Shown piece by piece: positions 1 to 12,721 of a DNA stretch of 64,000 nt. The stretch comes from Amphiscolops sp. MND2022 (Eukaryota). The stretch is taken from assembly GCA_964187785.1 (NCBI GenBank), contig OZ076411.1, positions 43,028,001 through 43,092,000 of the forward strand, written 5' to 3'. Below the pieces are notes generated by a model. The model was not told the DNA's origin. It did no database searches and worked only from the letters and a program-made list of their open reading frames with translations. Both the position numbers and the translations under genes were made by a program. The stretch's first letter is position 1; every line of letters starts with the position of its first letter.

Positions 1-570
1 GCCTCACCGTCATTCTTCGACAATTTGAGTAAACCATTCAGAGATTGTACACTTGCACAAGTTTACCACTGATGTTCCGTTTGCACGCTAACTATCTAAA
101 ACACGTCACTAGTTATCCCAACAAGCCGGGACCGGCCCAAGTTGTCTACATATCTAAGGCTCAAAAATAACCAAAAAGACTTCAAAGTGTCAAAGTATTT
201 TCTTCTACAGTGCCTAAAAAACCCAAGAAGTTGGACCAAACTGGCGCGCCGGGGGACCCTTTCGCATTTTTCAACATCCATTGTTGCAAAACATCAAAAA
301 TTGAAGGGGGACCTTTTGGTGAAAAAAAATTCGAAAAGTCTCACAATGCCAAAAAAGTGAAAGGGGGACCTTTGGCCTCGCCGGTACTGTAAGTTACGCG
401 GAGAAACAGGAAAAACGCTTTTGGTTCAGTTCGCTATTCGAAATGGTTCAATTTGACACCATAATATTTCGTAGAACTTTTGAAGAACTGTTTTGGTCAG
501 TTCGTGTGCATTGAAAAAAAAAGAGTCACTATAATAGTCGCGTTTCACTTCATGAAGCGTCGACTAAAAC
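1..570. repeat. AT-rich interspersed repeat with modular subunits and a terminal hairpin
   Basis: Recurring modules (gggggacccttt..., gtctcacaatgccaaaaaa, aaaaaaattcgaaaa) also seen at 33780-33960; ends in agtcactataatagtcgcg...cgactaaaa, a motif repeated at ~29660-29712 and ~38585-38638. Confidence 0.65.
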
Positions 571-3500
571 CGCTGGCTAGAAGCAGATGAATTCACCTGG
601 TCTGCAACCCATCCAGTTTTAAGACATTTGACAAGTCTCTGCAAAGAAAAAGTTATCCGAACCTCTGACGCAAACATAGATTTGTCTGAAATTCAGCCAA
701 TCATGGAAGCTAACAATGAGTTTACCTTAGAAAATCAATTTATCCCAGCACCAGAGTCTCGAATTGAAACTCTAATCCGTTACCAAAGCTAAAAAGCAAA
801 TAATCAGTTTGCAGCGGTAAGTTTGAGAAATTGAAATACCCATTTTGTTTAGGAAGCACAAAAACTTTTAAACATGATCATCATGTTTTCACGGAAAATT
901 CAAACATCCCATACAGCCGACAAAAATTGAAGCACCCTTTGAACGGCTGATGTAAGTCTTGTGTCGACAAAAACGGCAGATATTACCTAAAATGTTATAA
1001 CAGGGCGTTTTCAATCAAAAATAAAATAGTGGATAATTCTTAGAAACCATTTTCATTAAGAACCAACAAGACGGAAACGTCTAAAAGCGGCGCTATGCCC
1101 AAGGCTCAAAAGGCTCAAAGTTTTCAGAAAATTCCCGGGACTTCTGAATCCTACCCTTCCTCTTTTGAATTTTTTGAATCCTACGCTTCCTCCTCAGTGA
1201 AATGCAAAATATTTCGGACATAATGTCGAAATATAGTCAAACTAGTTCGAATATAGCGTGCTGGGACAAATGGAAGCGCTTGTTTTCCAGCCTCTGTCTC
1301 CTCCTCAGCCAAACGCAATATAGTTCGGATATAACACCAAAAATTGGATATAGCGCAAAATTTTCGAACCTTCACCTCCAATATTCGGATAATATTGAAA
1401 AAGTTATTGGTGGATATATTTGAGCGAACCTAATATCAGACGAGAAATTGTATTCATGTTAGAGGCTTTGGATGCGTTCAAAATCAAGTATTAAGTACTT
1501 ATATTAAAAGTAGAAGACACTATGTCAAAACAACACTCGATTTGGCATCCGAAAAATTTCAAAATGCAATACCTTCCTTGAAAATATTGTTGAAAAGCGA
1601 ACAGCCAAAAACAGTTGTAATTCCTTCAAAACGATTTTTACGGAGTAAAACTAGAAGCATTCAGATTTTGTGATCATTTTGCGTTGTAAATTTTCAACGA
1701 GGACGTTTCAAGTGTTAAAGCGAAAAGTTAGAGATCTGAATCAAAGGTACCAAGTTTGTTGCAGGTATTTTTTGTTGCGAACAATCGTTTTCGAGATGTT
1801 GCATAAGTTTCGGGAAATGCCAAAAATCAAAAATCGGCCGTTTGTTATAAATTTTGCTTCATTTCAAAACAAAAATGCAAATGTACTTCTCGAAATTTGA
1901 GAATTTTTAGCTCCCGGGTTTTTTTTGTCTGAATCGGAAAGGTAAAATTTATTGCAATTTGAAATTCTTTGTCAGCCAAATTGAGTGTCTTTAGCTTTTA
2001 GGCCTTTTAGGCACCCTTGTGTACCCATTAAGTCTTGCCAGAAAAAAAAGGAAGAGTTCCTACCTAACCTGTGCCGAACTGTTTTAGTTTGAAGTATAAT
2101 AAAAGTGTTTATAATATACCATTATAGAAATTCAAAAAATTGACTTTTTCAAAGTTTAATATTTTTGACCAGGATAAAAGCCGGAAAAGTGTATTTATCA
2201 CATTTGCAATTATCGAAATGCATATCAGCCTAAACTAGTTTTCACATCTGTATTTTTCAGCTTAGATAGATCACACAATTGAGACTGGAAAGTGTCCGAT
2301 TTTTTCTTTAGAGCATCTTGTAAGACTGCTAACATAATCACAGTGCCACTGCGCGTTTCATTCATTTTGTCAAGTTTTCTTTTGAAATTTTCAGCATGGT
2401 CACGCAAATCTGTGAAATGTTTGATAATAATGATTCCAAAGTGCCATTAAGCGTTACAATAATACCTAAGAATCAATTCTCAGTTGTTTTCGCAAATTAT
2501 AGAAAGACGTTTAGTGAGGTCTCTCCAAGAGCCAAAACTTTTCTAGATAACTAAATCACATTTGCGAAAAGACTTTATCCCATCATTTACTTATCTAATC
2601 ATTTTCGAATGTTTTCAAAGGTACCGTCCGTCTGGTGATTGTCTTGAAAGATTATTGAGTAATTTTTTCACTTGCAGGGTTACTTCGAGAAGAATACAGC
2701 AGCTTCGTCTTTTCTGATGCCCCATTTAGAGCCAACTACCTCAACTGTTTACAACCATTTTCACTACCTCGATCAACTCGAAGCAACATGTGACTTCAAA
2801 CCATGCAAGTTTGAGAAATGTGACATGACAATAGCAACTTACACCGAAAGAATCTTCAAGCTGGGATCTGTCAGATATCTTTTCCAGAAGACTTTAGGGA
2901 GAAAATCCATAATTATTTCATAACTAAAAGTACTCTTCGTAATCAGGATGTCTTATACCGCTCAATTGCAGTGAATTTTACAATTTCTGTTCAGTTACTT
3001 TTTAGCTGAAAAAGACAAGAAAAGAAAAATTCCGAGATCATATTATTTAAAAAGTTTTCGCAGTAACTGCGTTTTGGCTCAGCTAAATTTAATATTTCCA
3101 ACTCTTCACGATATGTTTAAAAAAGACAATTGTAGGGACTATTCACATCATTTTCACAATAGCTCAAAACCTCTTTGTATCGCTTTTTTGAATTGAAGCG
3201 ATCGTCACAGTAAATTCTCTATGAGGTCCACCGGTCGTATCAGAGCCGTATCTCTGGTTTAACTTATCCAGTGCCGCGCTTACTTAAATTTTAACTTGGG
3301 GAAAGACCATTTCGTTGATTGCATTGTTGACTGCTCTCTGAATTTACTGTACCCATCATACAATATATCTCTCGCGACATGATAATTACCCCCATTCAGA
3401 TTTTCCAACTTCCCTGAGACCCTTTTCTGTTTCCATAGGATATACACTTTTATTCGGCGCTTTTGGTGAAACAAAAGATGTAACGGCAAGCTGTTATCGG

Positions 3501-4387
3501 TCTCTTAACACGTTAACAGAGGAGGAGGAACCTGCAGAAATGGGGAAGTCGCTCGAGACAGGCGCCCATCGCCACATATCCATTTTGCAACCAGGGGTGA
3601 AATACGTCCCGAGGCCTTGGGTGCTACGACGAATACCGTCCAACCGGTCCTAGTCTTTGATTGCTAATAGTAACGGGCATCTTCTTGACTCCCTAAAGAC
3701 TACCGCTTAACTAGCATTTAAAAACAATGTCAAGAATAAAATAAATTTCCAATTCCAGGGTGACAGGAATAAATCTAAAGTGGAGAATAAGATCTACAAC
3801 TGCCAAACCTAGCGCTCGAGCTAGCTAAAATAAGTGAACTTACATGAAAACATGCACGGATATGGCAAACCACACAGCTTAAAGCTGGGGCACAGGGACT
3901 CCAAGCACCAAACAAGGGCAATTAGGCTACAGGACCCATTTTACTGGTTTCCGCTACTTAAAGTAGCATAATGCTAAATTCAGAAAACCAGGGTAGGCAC
4001 CTGAAACATGGTAGTTTTTCTAAGCCCTCAAGCTGTTCTGTTCTCTGCGCTCTCGCTCGGTCTTGCTCGGTCCTCGTTTTGCATTGAAAATGACGAAAAC
4101 AGCGAAAAGAGCAATCACATGCTCAGTGCCACGTCACACATCGAATCAGAATTTTTGACAAAATTTCTGAACATATCCAAATTGCAAAATTGATGTACCA
4201 GAGGGTCCCGTTACAAAATATAATACTTTGGAACTCGGTTTCCAAGTTTTTGTTATTTAATATTCAATAAATAAATATCAACAACATTGAACAACGATAA
4301 ACAAGATAGCAAGACTTTTTACTTTTGACGAAATATATTTCGAGGTTATTTGATATTTTGAACATTTGGATAATTTACCAAATATTT

Positions 4388-4458
4388 GCAGTGCCTGGGA
4401 AGCGAACCTGCGACCCTATGGTCAGACAGCCAACGAACTAACCATTCGGCCGAACCGT
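4388..4458 (-). repeat. tRNA-derived SINE-like head (A-box and B-box)
   Basis: Minus strand reads ggttcggccgaatggttag...gtcgcaggttcgcttcccaggcact: A-box-like TCGGCCGAATGGTT and B-box-like GGTTCGCTTCC; no intact acceptor stem. Confidence 0.5.
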
Positions 4459-4637
4459 CTCTAATTGAGTTTTATTTCCTTTAATTCTTTTTGCTTGTCA
4501 ACATCCTCCGGGCCCAAGCAGATGATTGGTCGGAACGAGAACAAAAAACTTTTCTTTTTCATGATCGGTATGGTACCAAGACTAAATGATACATATTTTA
4601 CAAAGATACATGTGGTTAAACTGTAAAAATACAAGTG

Positions 4638-6643
4638 TTACGAGTTAAAATATATCAGTTGGATTGGGAGAGGAAGGACTGGGGCTAGTTTCACGACCGG
4701 ATGGACGAAGTTTCCTGACGTGTTCTTAACTTCAGAAGAGCGGGGTACGGCATCGCCTCCAAAATTAAGCTTCAGAAATCGTGCGAGAGGGTAGTAATTT
4801 CTCGGGCTAGTGTCTTCAACAATCCATAAAAGGTCTCCCGTTCTCAGTTGTCTGTGAGACTGTGTGGACAACTTTGAGCGACGATTCAATCTCGGTACGT
4901 TCACTTTCAGCCATCTGTTCCAGATAGCGTCGGAGTAGGCTTGAGCGCGTGCATATCACTTCAGTAGTCGAAATCACAGATAGAATGAGATGGTAGAGAC
5001 GAGACAATTGATCCAAGCAAACAGTGGTTGGGTGTCAAAGCATCCATATTAGTGGCATCTGCACGTGCTGGAACTAGCGGGCGAGTGGTGAGGCTCTGCT
5101 CTACAAGACAGAAAATAGTTTTTAGGATTTCGTCTGTCACACGTCTGTTGCCAAGTATCGCATAGACTGTATGTTTAAAACTTCTCACTAGCTTTTCCCA
5201 GACATCGCCATGGTGTGGGGCGCTAGGAGGATTGAACTTCCAGTTGATACTTTTCTTGACCAAAGACTCAATAAGTGTTTGTTGGTTCCAGTTAGGAATC
5301 TTCCGAAGGAGTTCTTTCTCAGTCGCAACAAAATTTGTCCCGTTATCCGACCAGATAACGGAGGCTATACCCCGACGGGACGCAAATCTCTCAATTCCTA
5401 TGACGCAACTTCTTGTATCCATTAACGGCACATCTTCAAAATGGACAGCGCGGGTAGTCAATCATGTGAAGAGAACACCCCACTGTTTCTCTGTGGAGCG
5501 TTTAACAGAGACGTAAAAGGGACCAAAGTAGTCTAATCCAAAGTTCGTGAACGATGGCGATGCAAACGCGATGCTTTCTTCTGGCAAATCAACCATAATC
5601 AGTTTCAAAGTTTCCGCTTTGCGTTTGCTACAAGTTACGCATCTGGATTGTATCGTTCGCAATGCAGTTTTCAAATTGACATGGCATACGTCTGTTGTAT
5701 AAAGGCTCTAAGGTATTTTACATCTTGATGGCAGTGTTTCGCGTGCAAATGTGCAAGGAATAATCGAACTACTAAGTGGCCACTTTCAAGAAAGATAGGG
5801 TGTATGATATCAAAATTTGCAACTCCGAGTTGTTTTGTTTGACCTTGTGCTCGGAGCAGACCGTTTTGACCAATGAAGGGTGAAAAGTCCCTAATTACTG
5901 AGGGTTTACTGATCGTCGAACTTTTCAGCAAGCTTCTCTTCTCGTTCGGAAACGATTCTGATTGTACTAAGTATATAAGTTTCTGCTCGGCAAATTCAAG
6001 TTCGACAGGATCCGTCATTGAACCCATATTTGTTCGGTTACCAGAGAATTTCGGCAAAAGACGTGAAATGTAGGCATAATGCCCAAATGTTTCTCGCAAG
6101 AGCTGTACTTTTGCCACTCAAGAGTTAGGGCATTGAAGTTTACATTTGCGGTATTCGCTGTCGTCTCTTGGTATTTGGGTTCGATAGGAACTTTGTCAGG
6201 ATCAAGTTTCATCAATTTTGCCTCCATAAATTCGTCGGATGGTTGGAAGGGCCAATCAGAAGTCCTCAGGAAGGCGGGACTTTTAAGCCATGTGCTCTCT
6301 AAAAATAGCTTTTGCCGACAGGCCACGGGTCCCTGCGTCGGCCGGATTGTCGACTGTTTGTACATGGATCCATGCATCCACTGTCGTCAGCTCAAGTACC
6401 TCGGTACCTCTATTGGCGACGAGCACTGGTTGTTTGTCAATGGAATTGTAGTACAGTGGTGCTGTCTATCCACCTTAACGTTCGCTCGACAGTTAGGTTG
6501 AGTGTCTTTTGAACTTCATCTTTCAATCGGGCTGCGAGAAGAGCTGCTTGAAGCCCCCAATTTCGTATCATGAGTGCTTTCATTGAAGTGACGCGAGCTT
6601 TCCGGGAAACAAAAGCTAATTCCGTTATCATAGTGATAGGCAA
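4638..6643 (-). pseudogene. BEL/Pao pol C-terminal half (RNase H region, integrase HHCC and DDE core, C-terminal domain), frameshifted
   Basis: ORF fragments: RNWGLQAALLAARLK, WIDSTTVLQ, HAKHCHQDV...CVTCSKR, FGLDYFGPFYV, WSDNGTNFV, PPSAPHHGDVWEKLVRSFK, LTPNHCLLG, GDLLWIVEDTSPRNYYPLAR. Confidence 0.9.
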
Positions 6644-6850
6644 CTGCTAAGTATGCATTTTGAGAGCAATATGTGCATTTCAGCAGATTCAATGTTGCTT
6701 TGGACGTAACAACGTGGAATTGGTATTTTGCCGAAAATGGAAAATTTTTCAGCCCAATCGAGGCATTTTCTACAAATCTCGTCGAGAGGGCTATTGTCCC
6801 ACTTTTGCTTGATCAGGCGCCAAATAACTTTTCACAAGGGTCGTGCTGTA

Positions 6851-8291
6851 CAGTGTATGGCGCAACAAGACAAATGGGGTCGTAAAATGCCGAGACCAGG
6901 CTCAAAACAACGCGTTGTGATACAGGTCACATGCATGATACGCGACGCTGATCTTTCTTCTTCTGAACAAATAAACAAATAAACAAATGAAAAGACTTTT
7001 GAAATAAGAAAAAACTTACAAAATGAAAAGAATGATGGAATTTGGTTTTGTTAGGTTAAGTTTGAATCTTTTCCAATGAATTTAAGGATTGAAATTTATT
7101 TGTGATGAATAGTTTGAACGACGAATCATGCCTGATACGCGACGTTGAACCTTTCTGTTCTGAACGATAAATAAACAAATGAAAAGTCTTTTGAAATGTT
7201 AATTTGAAATAACAAAATGAAATAAATGGTGGAACTTTTTGAATGTTTTTTTAAATTCATTGTATTATGTTTAATTTGAATGAAAAGTAAGTATCTGTGA
7301 TTTATAATCTGAAGGATTTTTATATTATAATAATATATAAGTCTTAGAATTATATATTTAAATTTTAAGGATTATTTGAAGAATTACATTCATATTAATT
7401 TATTCTATTTATTATACTTGTCAACAACTATTTTGTTTCAAAATATGGGGTCAGTTTTTTTATATATATATGTATATTTATTATTTTTATTATATAATTT
7501 CATATTTTATATTTTATTTATATCCAACGTTTTTGAATGACATTTTGTGATTGAAATGTATGTCATATATATTTTGAAGGATTATTTTTTGTTCATATTT
7601 ATATGTATTGATAGATATAGAAAACGACCCAAAATTGGATCCAAAATTTTTGAATTTTCAAAGTCTAAGTATTGAATACCCCCCACACATTAGAATATAC
7701 ACACATAAACTCCCCCCGCCACATATACCTTTATTCGATGTCAACTTCATTCTGTAATTTGTGAGAGGAATCCATTTTTGAAAAAAATACCGATGGTAAA
7801 AAATTCGACAATATTGATTGTATTTGAAATTTGTCTTCCGAGAATTTTCGAACTTATGGGAAACCGTGTTTGCAAACGTTCATTAAGCAACCATTTATTG
7901 CGTCCATAATCTCAATTAGGTAAATTAGTTTGATTCAGAGATAAAAGGAAAATACCCGACACCTGCGGGTTCTGAGATCAAGTTGAGGATTAAATTGTCA
8001 TGGATTCTAAGACACCCAATTTTCAAGCAATTTGATTGGTTCACAAATTTGGTGTGGAATCCTGGCCATGAATTGCGGAAACTGAGACAAAAAGTTGCCG
8101 AAAGGTCCAGAGCACCGCTAGTGTTTTAAGTATATGCTATGGGACTCCACAGAATTGCTTTGACGGTGTCTCGGTTTCCACAAAAATAGTGGAAATTTTT
8201 CAATTTTGCAAGTTTAAAGACATGTTTGCGGAATCTAAGGGGTTACACGCACAGAAATGTGTTTGTAGAAATTTAGCTTGTCTATGCACTG
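6851..8291. mobile_element. Non-autonomous Tc1/mariner-type insert in BEL pol (TA-flanked, CAGTG termini)
   Basis: TA|CAGTGTATGG at 6849-6860 and CTATGCACTG|TA at 8282-8293; very AT-rich interior with a ~197-bp internal duplication (6930-7040 / 7126-7240); removing it rejoins BEL pol peptides LVVSRGTCPDLNRP and ARPL.KVIWRL..QKWD. Confidence 0.7.
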
Positions 8292-8336
8292 TAATGGACG
8301 GTTCAGGTCGGGGCAGGTTCCGCGGCTGACAACTAA

Positions 8337-11300
8337 TTAGTCAAACCGGTGGTTCCATTTCAAGCCTAAGACATGAGAATTTTCATCTCCGGCTGCCGAA
8401 TGTTTCTCATCAGTTTCTGTAGCAGGTTTAACGTTCGTTTCGAGACTGGTCGGTAAGTTTGGTATGTTACTGACAAACTTGGTTAGAGTGAAACAGCCTT
8501 TTGATAACATTTTCACAGGGTCTTGAGCTTTCTTGGTTGCTTCAACATTGGTCGCGCTCGATTCAATGTAATCGTCCATGTTAAAAAGTTTTCGACACTT
8601 TTCGCTGCTCCCAGAAATTTTTTGCGGTTATCACGTGCTGTTCGTTGAAGCGCAAAGTTCGCACAAGTCGGTGAATCCTTTGAACCGGAATCGTGGCGCA
8701 CGTACTGGTACACAGCGACGTCTGTTGCTGGGTCCTCCCGCCACCGAAATTGAAAAGACGATCAGTCTTGAGGAATCACGCCAACTTGCAAAAACGTTCC
8801 CTCTATGTCAGCGGAGACAGCGTAAGGGTGTTGTCGGAAGCGCTTTAGCATGTGAATCAATATTTGTAACAAATCTGGAACAGTAAATAGAGCGTTGTTC
8901 AATGAACCACCGTGAAACTTGGCTGCGCCATTAAGCACACGGCCTACTTTCCCAGGCTTGTGTGCGTGTAACACTGGGTGGTGCGGCAGGTACCAATCAC
9001 GCGGGTTGTCAACTTCGAAACTTTGCGGACTTGTCGCCCGTAACGATATATCCTTTGTCGTGCTCGTCTTTTATCGTTTGAGCGTCGCTGGCTTTCAGGT
9101 CTGAAGCACGTTCGAGTCGGCTTTCAAGGGATTTTAGTTGCACTAAGACTGAGAAGTAGTTTTTCGGGAGACTGCTGTCATCTTTAGCCCACAACATACC
9201 TACTTGATATCAGCATCCGTCATGATATTGCAAAATTTTCGACGCTCTAGCAGTGGCAGCAGAGGGTCCACTCGTCTCTTCGCTGCAAAAGACTCCATTT
9301 CGTACCAACTCCGAAGTTGATCGGCCAACTGGGAGTCATTCTCACTCTCTCTAAGTGTTTTACAGATTGACCCAAAAAGGCTGCACTTGACCAGTCGTGT
9401 TCGTATTTTAGCGAGCGGACACACCAATCATGGAGGAAATTGTTGCAGAAAATGTTATCATAATTTCGCTCCTATGCCTTTTCAATGGTGGGAAGCTTCT
9501 CAGTTTCTCAGGATGAGCAGCCACAACTGCCTGCGGTTGATCAAATTTACACTCGAGCGTCTTCACTGCATCTTGGTACATAAAGCCACAGTATGCAAAT
9601 TCCGCATTTGCAGTCTTCGCTTTGCCCGTCACGAGCATTTTCAAATACGTCAGCCTCACATCATTCAAAAGTGGTGCGGAGTCAATGGCACGCCTAAGCT
9701 GGCCTATCCATTCATGCCATTGCAGTGGATCTCTTTTATATTGCGCCAGTTTCCACTCAGGAAGATGGTCCTTTTTCGCAGCAGACAAAAGTTGAGCAAG
9801 ATCGTTCACAGATACTGTCGTTTGCGTTTGTGGTGGAATGGTCGGATGTTGAAAGCTCGGGAGAGTAGGAGCCGGTATCAATGTCGTCGCAGGTTGTATT
9901 ATTTGTCCGATTGCTGTAGGAACCGTAACAGCTTGAGGGTTGCAGTAGTAAGGTGTTCCTCAGGTCTGGACTAAAATAATTTGAACTGAACTGCCATTGG
10001 TAGACACAATCGGTGCTGCGGCTGTACCTGAAGAAATGAATTGTCCTCCAGTCAATAGCAGAGCAGAATCTTTTGTTACTGAACGGCTGTTTCCTGATAG
10101 AAAAGTCCAAGCAGATAGGTTAGGAACGGCATGGCTGGGTGGTATGCTAATCTGTGGTGGAATCGTCATAGTCTTTACGAGCTACTGCGTTTGCGGAGAC
10201 ACAGATCGGGCCCGCGAAGTATGGGGCGCATTGATTATTGATTGGTGTAGTAAGGGGGATGACTGTAGCCGGCATATGTAGTGAAGGATGAGAGCTGTTT
10301 GTCGTAATCGTGCATGTAAAAATTGGCAGCGGCGACTTTGGGCTGCTGTGATGTCGGGGAAATGTTCAGTCTAGATGTGAGCGCTACGAGTTGGTCAGAA
10401 AAGCCGCTTTGAACATTTTCTTTTGGTGGTGTTGTTGTTGTAGCAACCGGAGGGTTCGAAGATTTGCCTAGTCTGTTGAACTCAGTAGTTACGGTCTGTA
10501 TATGTTCCGTACTACCATCATTGACCCAGTCGGACTTTCTCTGTGATGCGGTTCGACTACTATATTTGCTAATACGAGACAGTGTTTCGTGAAACTCGTC
10601 AGACACTTCAGAAAGGTTTTCAGTCAACTCCAGTTCGTTAATGCTTGCTTCCGCAAGTTTTTGTCGGTTTTTTTCTGCCATTTCTTGTAGCTGAAGAGCC
10701 TGTTCTTCTTCTAAGAGTTTCAGTGCGAACTCAATTCTCTGCTCGATCGAGCGGAGTGCGTTTTCGCTCTGTCTTTCCAGTTCTTCTCGACGTTGCATAG
10801 CTAAAACGAGTTCTTTCTGTTTCTGACTTGATGTTCTTGATTTTGTTGATATCGAAGATCATTTTGAAGCCTTTCCGTTAACAGTGTCGACAAAAGAATG
10901 TGACTTTCCATGAGCCGCAGGACAAGCATCAATTTAGTCACAAGCTTGCCTCAAGATTTCATCATTTTGCTCAGTACCTTCTTTCAACCACAGTTCTAAG
11001 TCAGCTTTGAGTGTCGCGGCATAGGTAGACTTTGATGCAAGCGAAAATATTTGTTCGTTCTTGTTGAATGCTTTCATGATTGCATCTTCGGCTTCTTTCA
11101 CCAGAAGTTCAACTTTTACTCGTCAGTCTGCATTTGCGATGGACTGAGAAGTCTTGAGTTCTGTTGAGTTCAGTTTGTGTCTTCAATCGGCTTTCATGAA
11201 ACATTCGGACTTTTTCTTGTAAGTCGGTCATAATTCGTTTGTTTTTTTTGTTTAGGATACAAGAGGACGATAACGATGGTCTGTACAACGTACAGCTGGT

Positions 11301-11908
11301 TAAAAGGACGGATGCACTGCTGCTTTTCACGGGCGGAGGGTGTTTTCTGCGAATCAACCGAGCAGTGAAGCTCGGAGGCAACACAGAAAAGAAACTCTTT
11401 CACTGGCTGCAGCGTCAATCAGACATTGAAGTCCGGACGCGCCAAAACACAGAAGGGAAGAGGCAAGTCAGTGATCAGCAGCATGTGACAGGTTTTTCAT
11501 CGCCCTACGGGCGCGTTTAGAGAGACGTTTGGGGCGACTGCTGGCCGTAATTTGGGAGAGGTCGTTTTCATGATTCATAATTTTATTTGAAGGTTTCAAT
11601 TCTAGATCAGGACTTTGGTGCAATGCCTCTAAATTTTGCAAATAGTCGAGATCTTTTTGTTTACGCAACGAGTTAAAACCTTTTTCAAAACTCAATACAA
11701 GAATATTTATCTCTTTCAATCGCAAAAAAATGTCAGGCGTTCGGTTTCGTTGGCAGTACACATGAGCCCTGGTTCTGTTTTGATAGGATTTTAGAACATT
11801 TACAAGGTCAAGTACTAATAAGGCATGATAAAATTTGCTCTTTTGTTCACAGAAGCTTTCATTTTTGACGTTGTACCAGTTCCTTTTCATCTTTGAAAAG
11901 CGTTTCAA
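8337..11908 (-). pseudogene. BEL/Pao gag and reverse transcriptase fragments
   Basis: ORFs 8337-8579 (MDDYIES, HVLGLKWN), 8762-8974, 9009-9197, 9200-9427, 9408-9881 (BEL gag-like), 10235-10798 (coiled coil) and 11468-11908, all collinear on the minus strand. Confidence 0.8.
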
Positions 11909-12235
11909 TCAAGTTTTGTACAATTTTACGAGGTTTTTTTGCGTTAATCTTCAATCTCAGGCCCGATATCTTTTGAACATTTTTTTAGAGCGTTTTGATT
12001 TTCTGGAGTAACAGTTTCTATTGCGTGATGCAAAGAACTAGCAGCTAATACTAGAAACTTTCAGCTTTTTCCTGTTTTTTGGCAAAGTCCCGTCTTTCGT
12101 GGTAGTTCACAGTATTTCACGCTGTTTCAGCGTAATTCAACAAAACAAATTAGGTTACTTCACAGCGAATCACGTTTTTTCACGGTATCTCACGGTATTT
12201 CCCTAGAAAATTCTTTTTTAAGGTCTTGCTATCGA

Positions 12236-12600
12236 CTAAATATAGCACACATCAAAGTTTTTTCCATTGAAGTTGTTTGGAGAGTTTTTTGTTTTTAAAA
12301 ATACCTCTAATGATTGATTCTGGGGTAGCTTGTGGGTTTCGGCGGGGCCATCTTCTGGGTTCCGGGGCTCTTGCTGGGCTTCGGGGCACCTGTTGGGTTT
12401 CGGGGTACCTACTAAATATAGCACACATCAAAATTTTTCCATTAAAGTTGTTGGGACAGTTTTTTGTTTTTAAAAATACCTTCAGTGATTGATTCTGGGG
12501 GAGCTTGTTGGTTTTGGCGGGGCCATCTTCTGGGTTCCGGGGCTCCTGCTGGGCTTCGGGGCACCTGCTGGGTTTCGGGGTACCTGCTGGGCTTCGGGCC
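12236..12600. repeat. Two-copy ~176-bp tandem repeat with GC-rich 18-bp subrepeats
   Basis: ctaaatatagcacacatcaaa... starts at 12236 and 12412; subrepeat ggggcacctgctgggtttc occurs several times. Confidence 0.9.
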
Positions 12601-12721
12601 ACTTTCCCGGACTAGGGGGTACCAGTCATTTGTGGCTCAGTTGTTGAGAATTTCAAACTTATCGACTGGATTAGGTCCCTGGTTTTGCCATTTATGCTAA
12701 AATCTGCGGAATAGAGTAAGC

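Larger units (their letters stand above)
4491..11910 (-). mobile_element. Degenerate BEL/Pao LTR retrotransposon (element 1)
   Basis: Fragmented minus-strand ORFs in gag-RT-RNaseH-integrase order: DHLPEWKLAQYKRDPLQW gag, HKPGKV.RV.NGAAKF, MDDY RT, GLDYFGPF / SDNGTNFV integrase; PPT-like GGGCCCGGAGGA (plus 4504-4515) followed by TGTT; protease region appears deleted; 5' LTR not identified. Confidence 0.9.

Noticed and set aside
2225-3700. Short ORFs at 2225-2930 and 3280-3700, and similarly 21707-21949 and 23682-23897
   Set aside because: Stop-riddled, no motifs recognised; probably old TE debris, not assignable.
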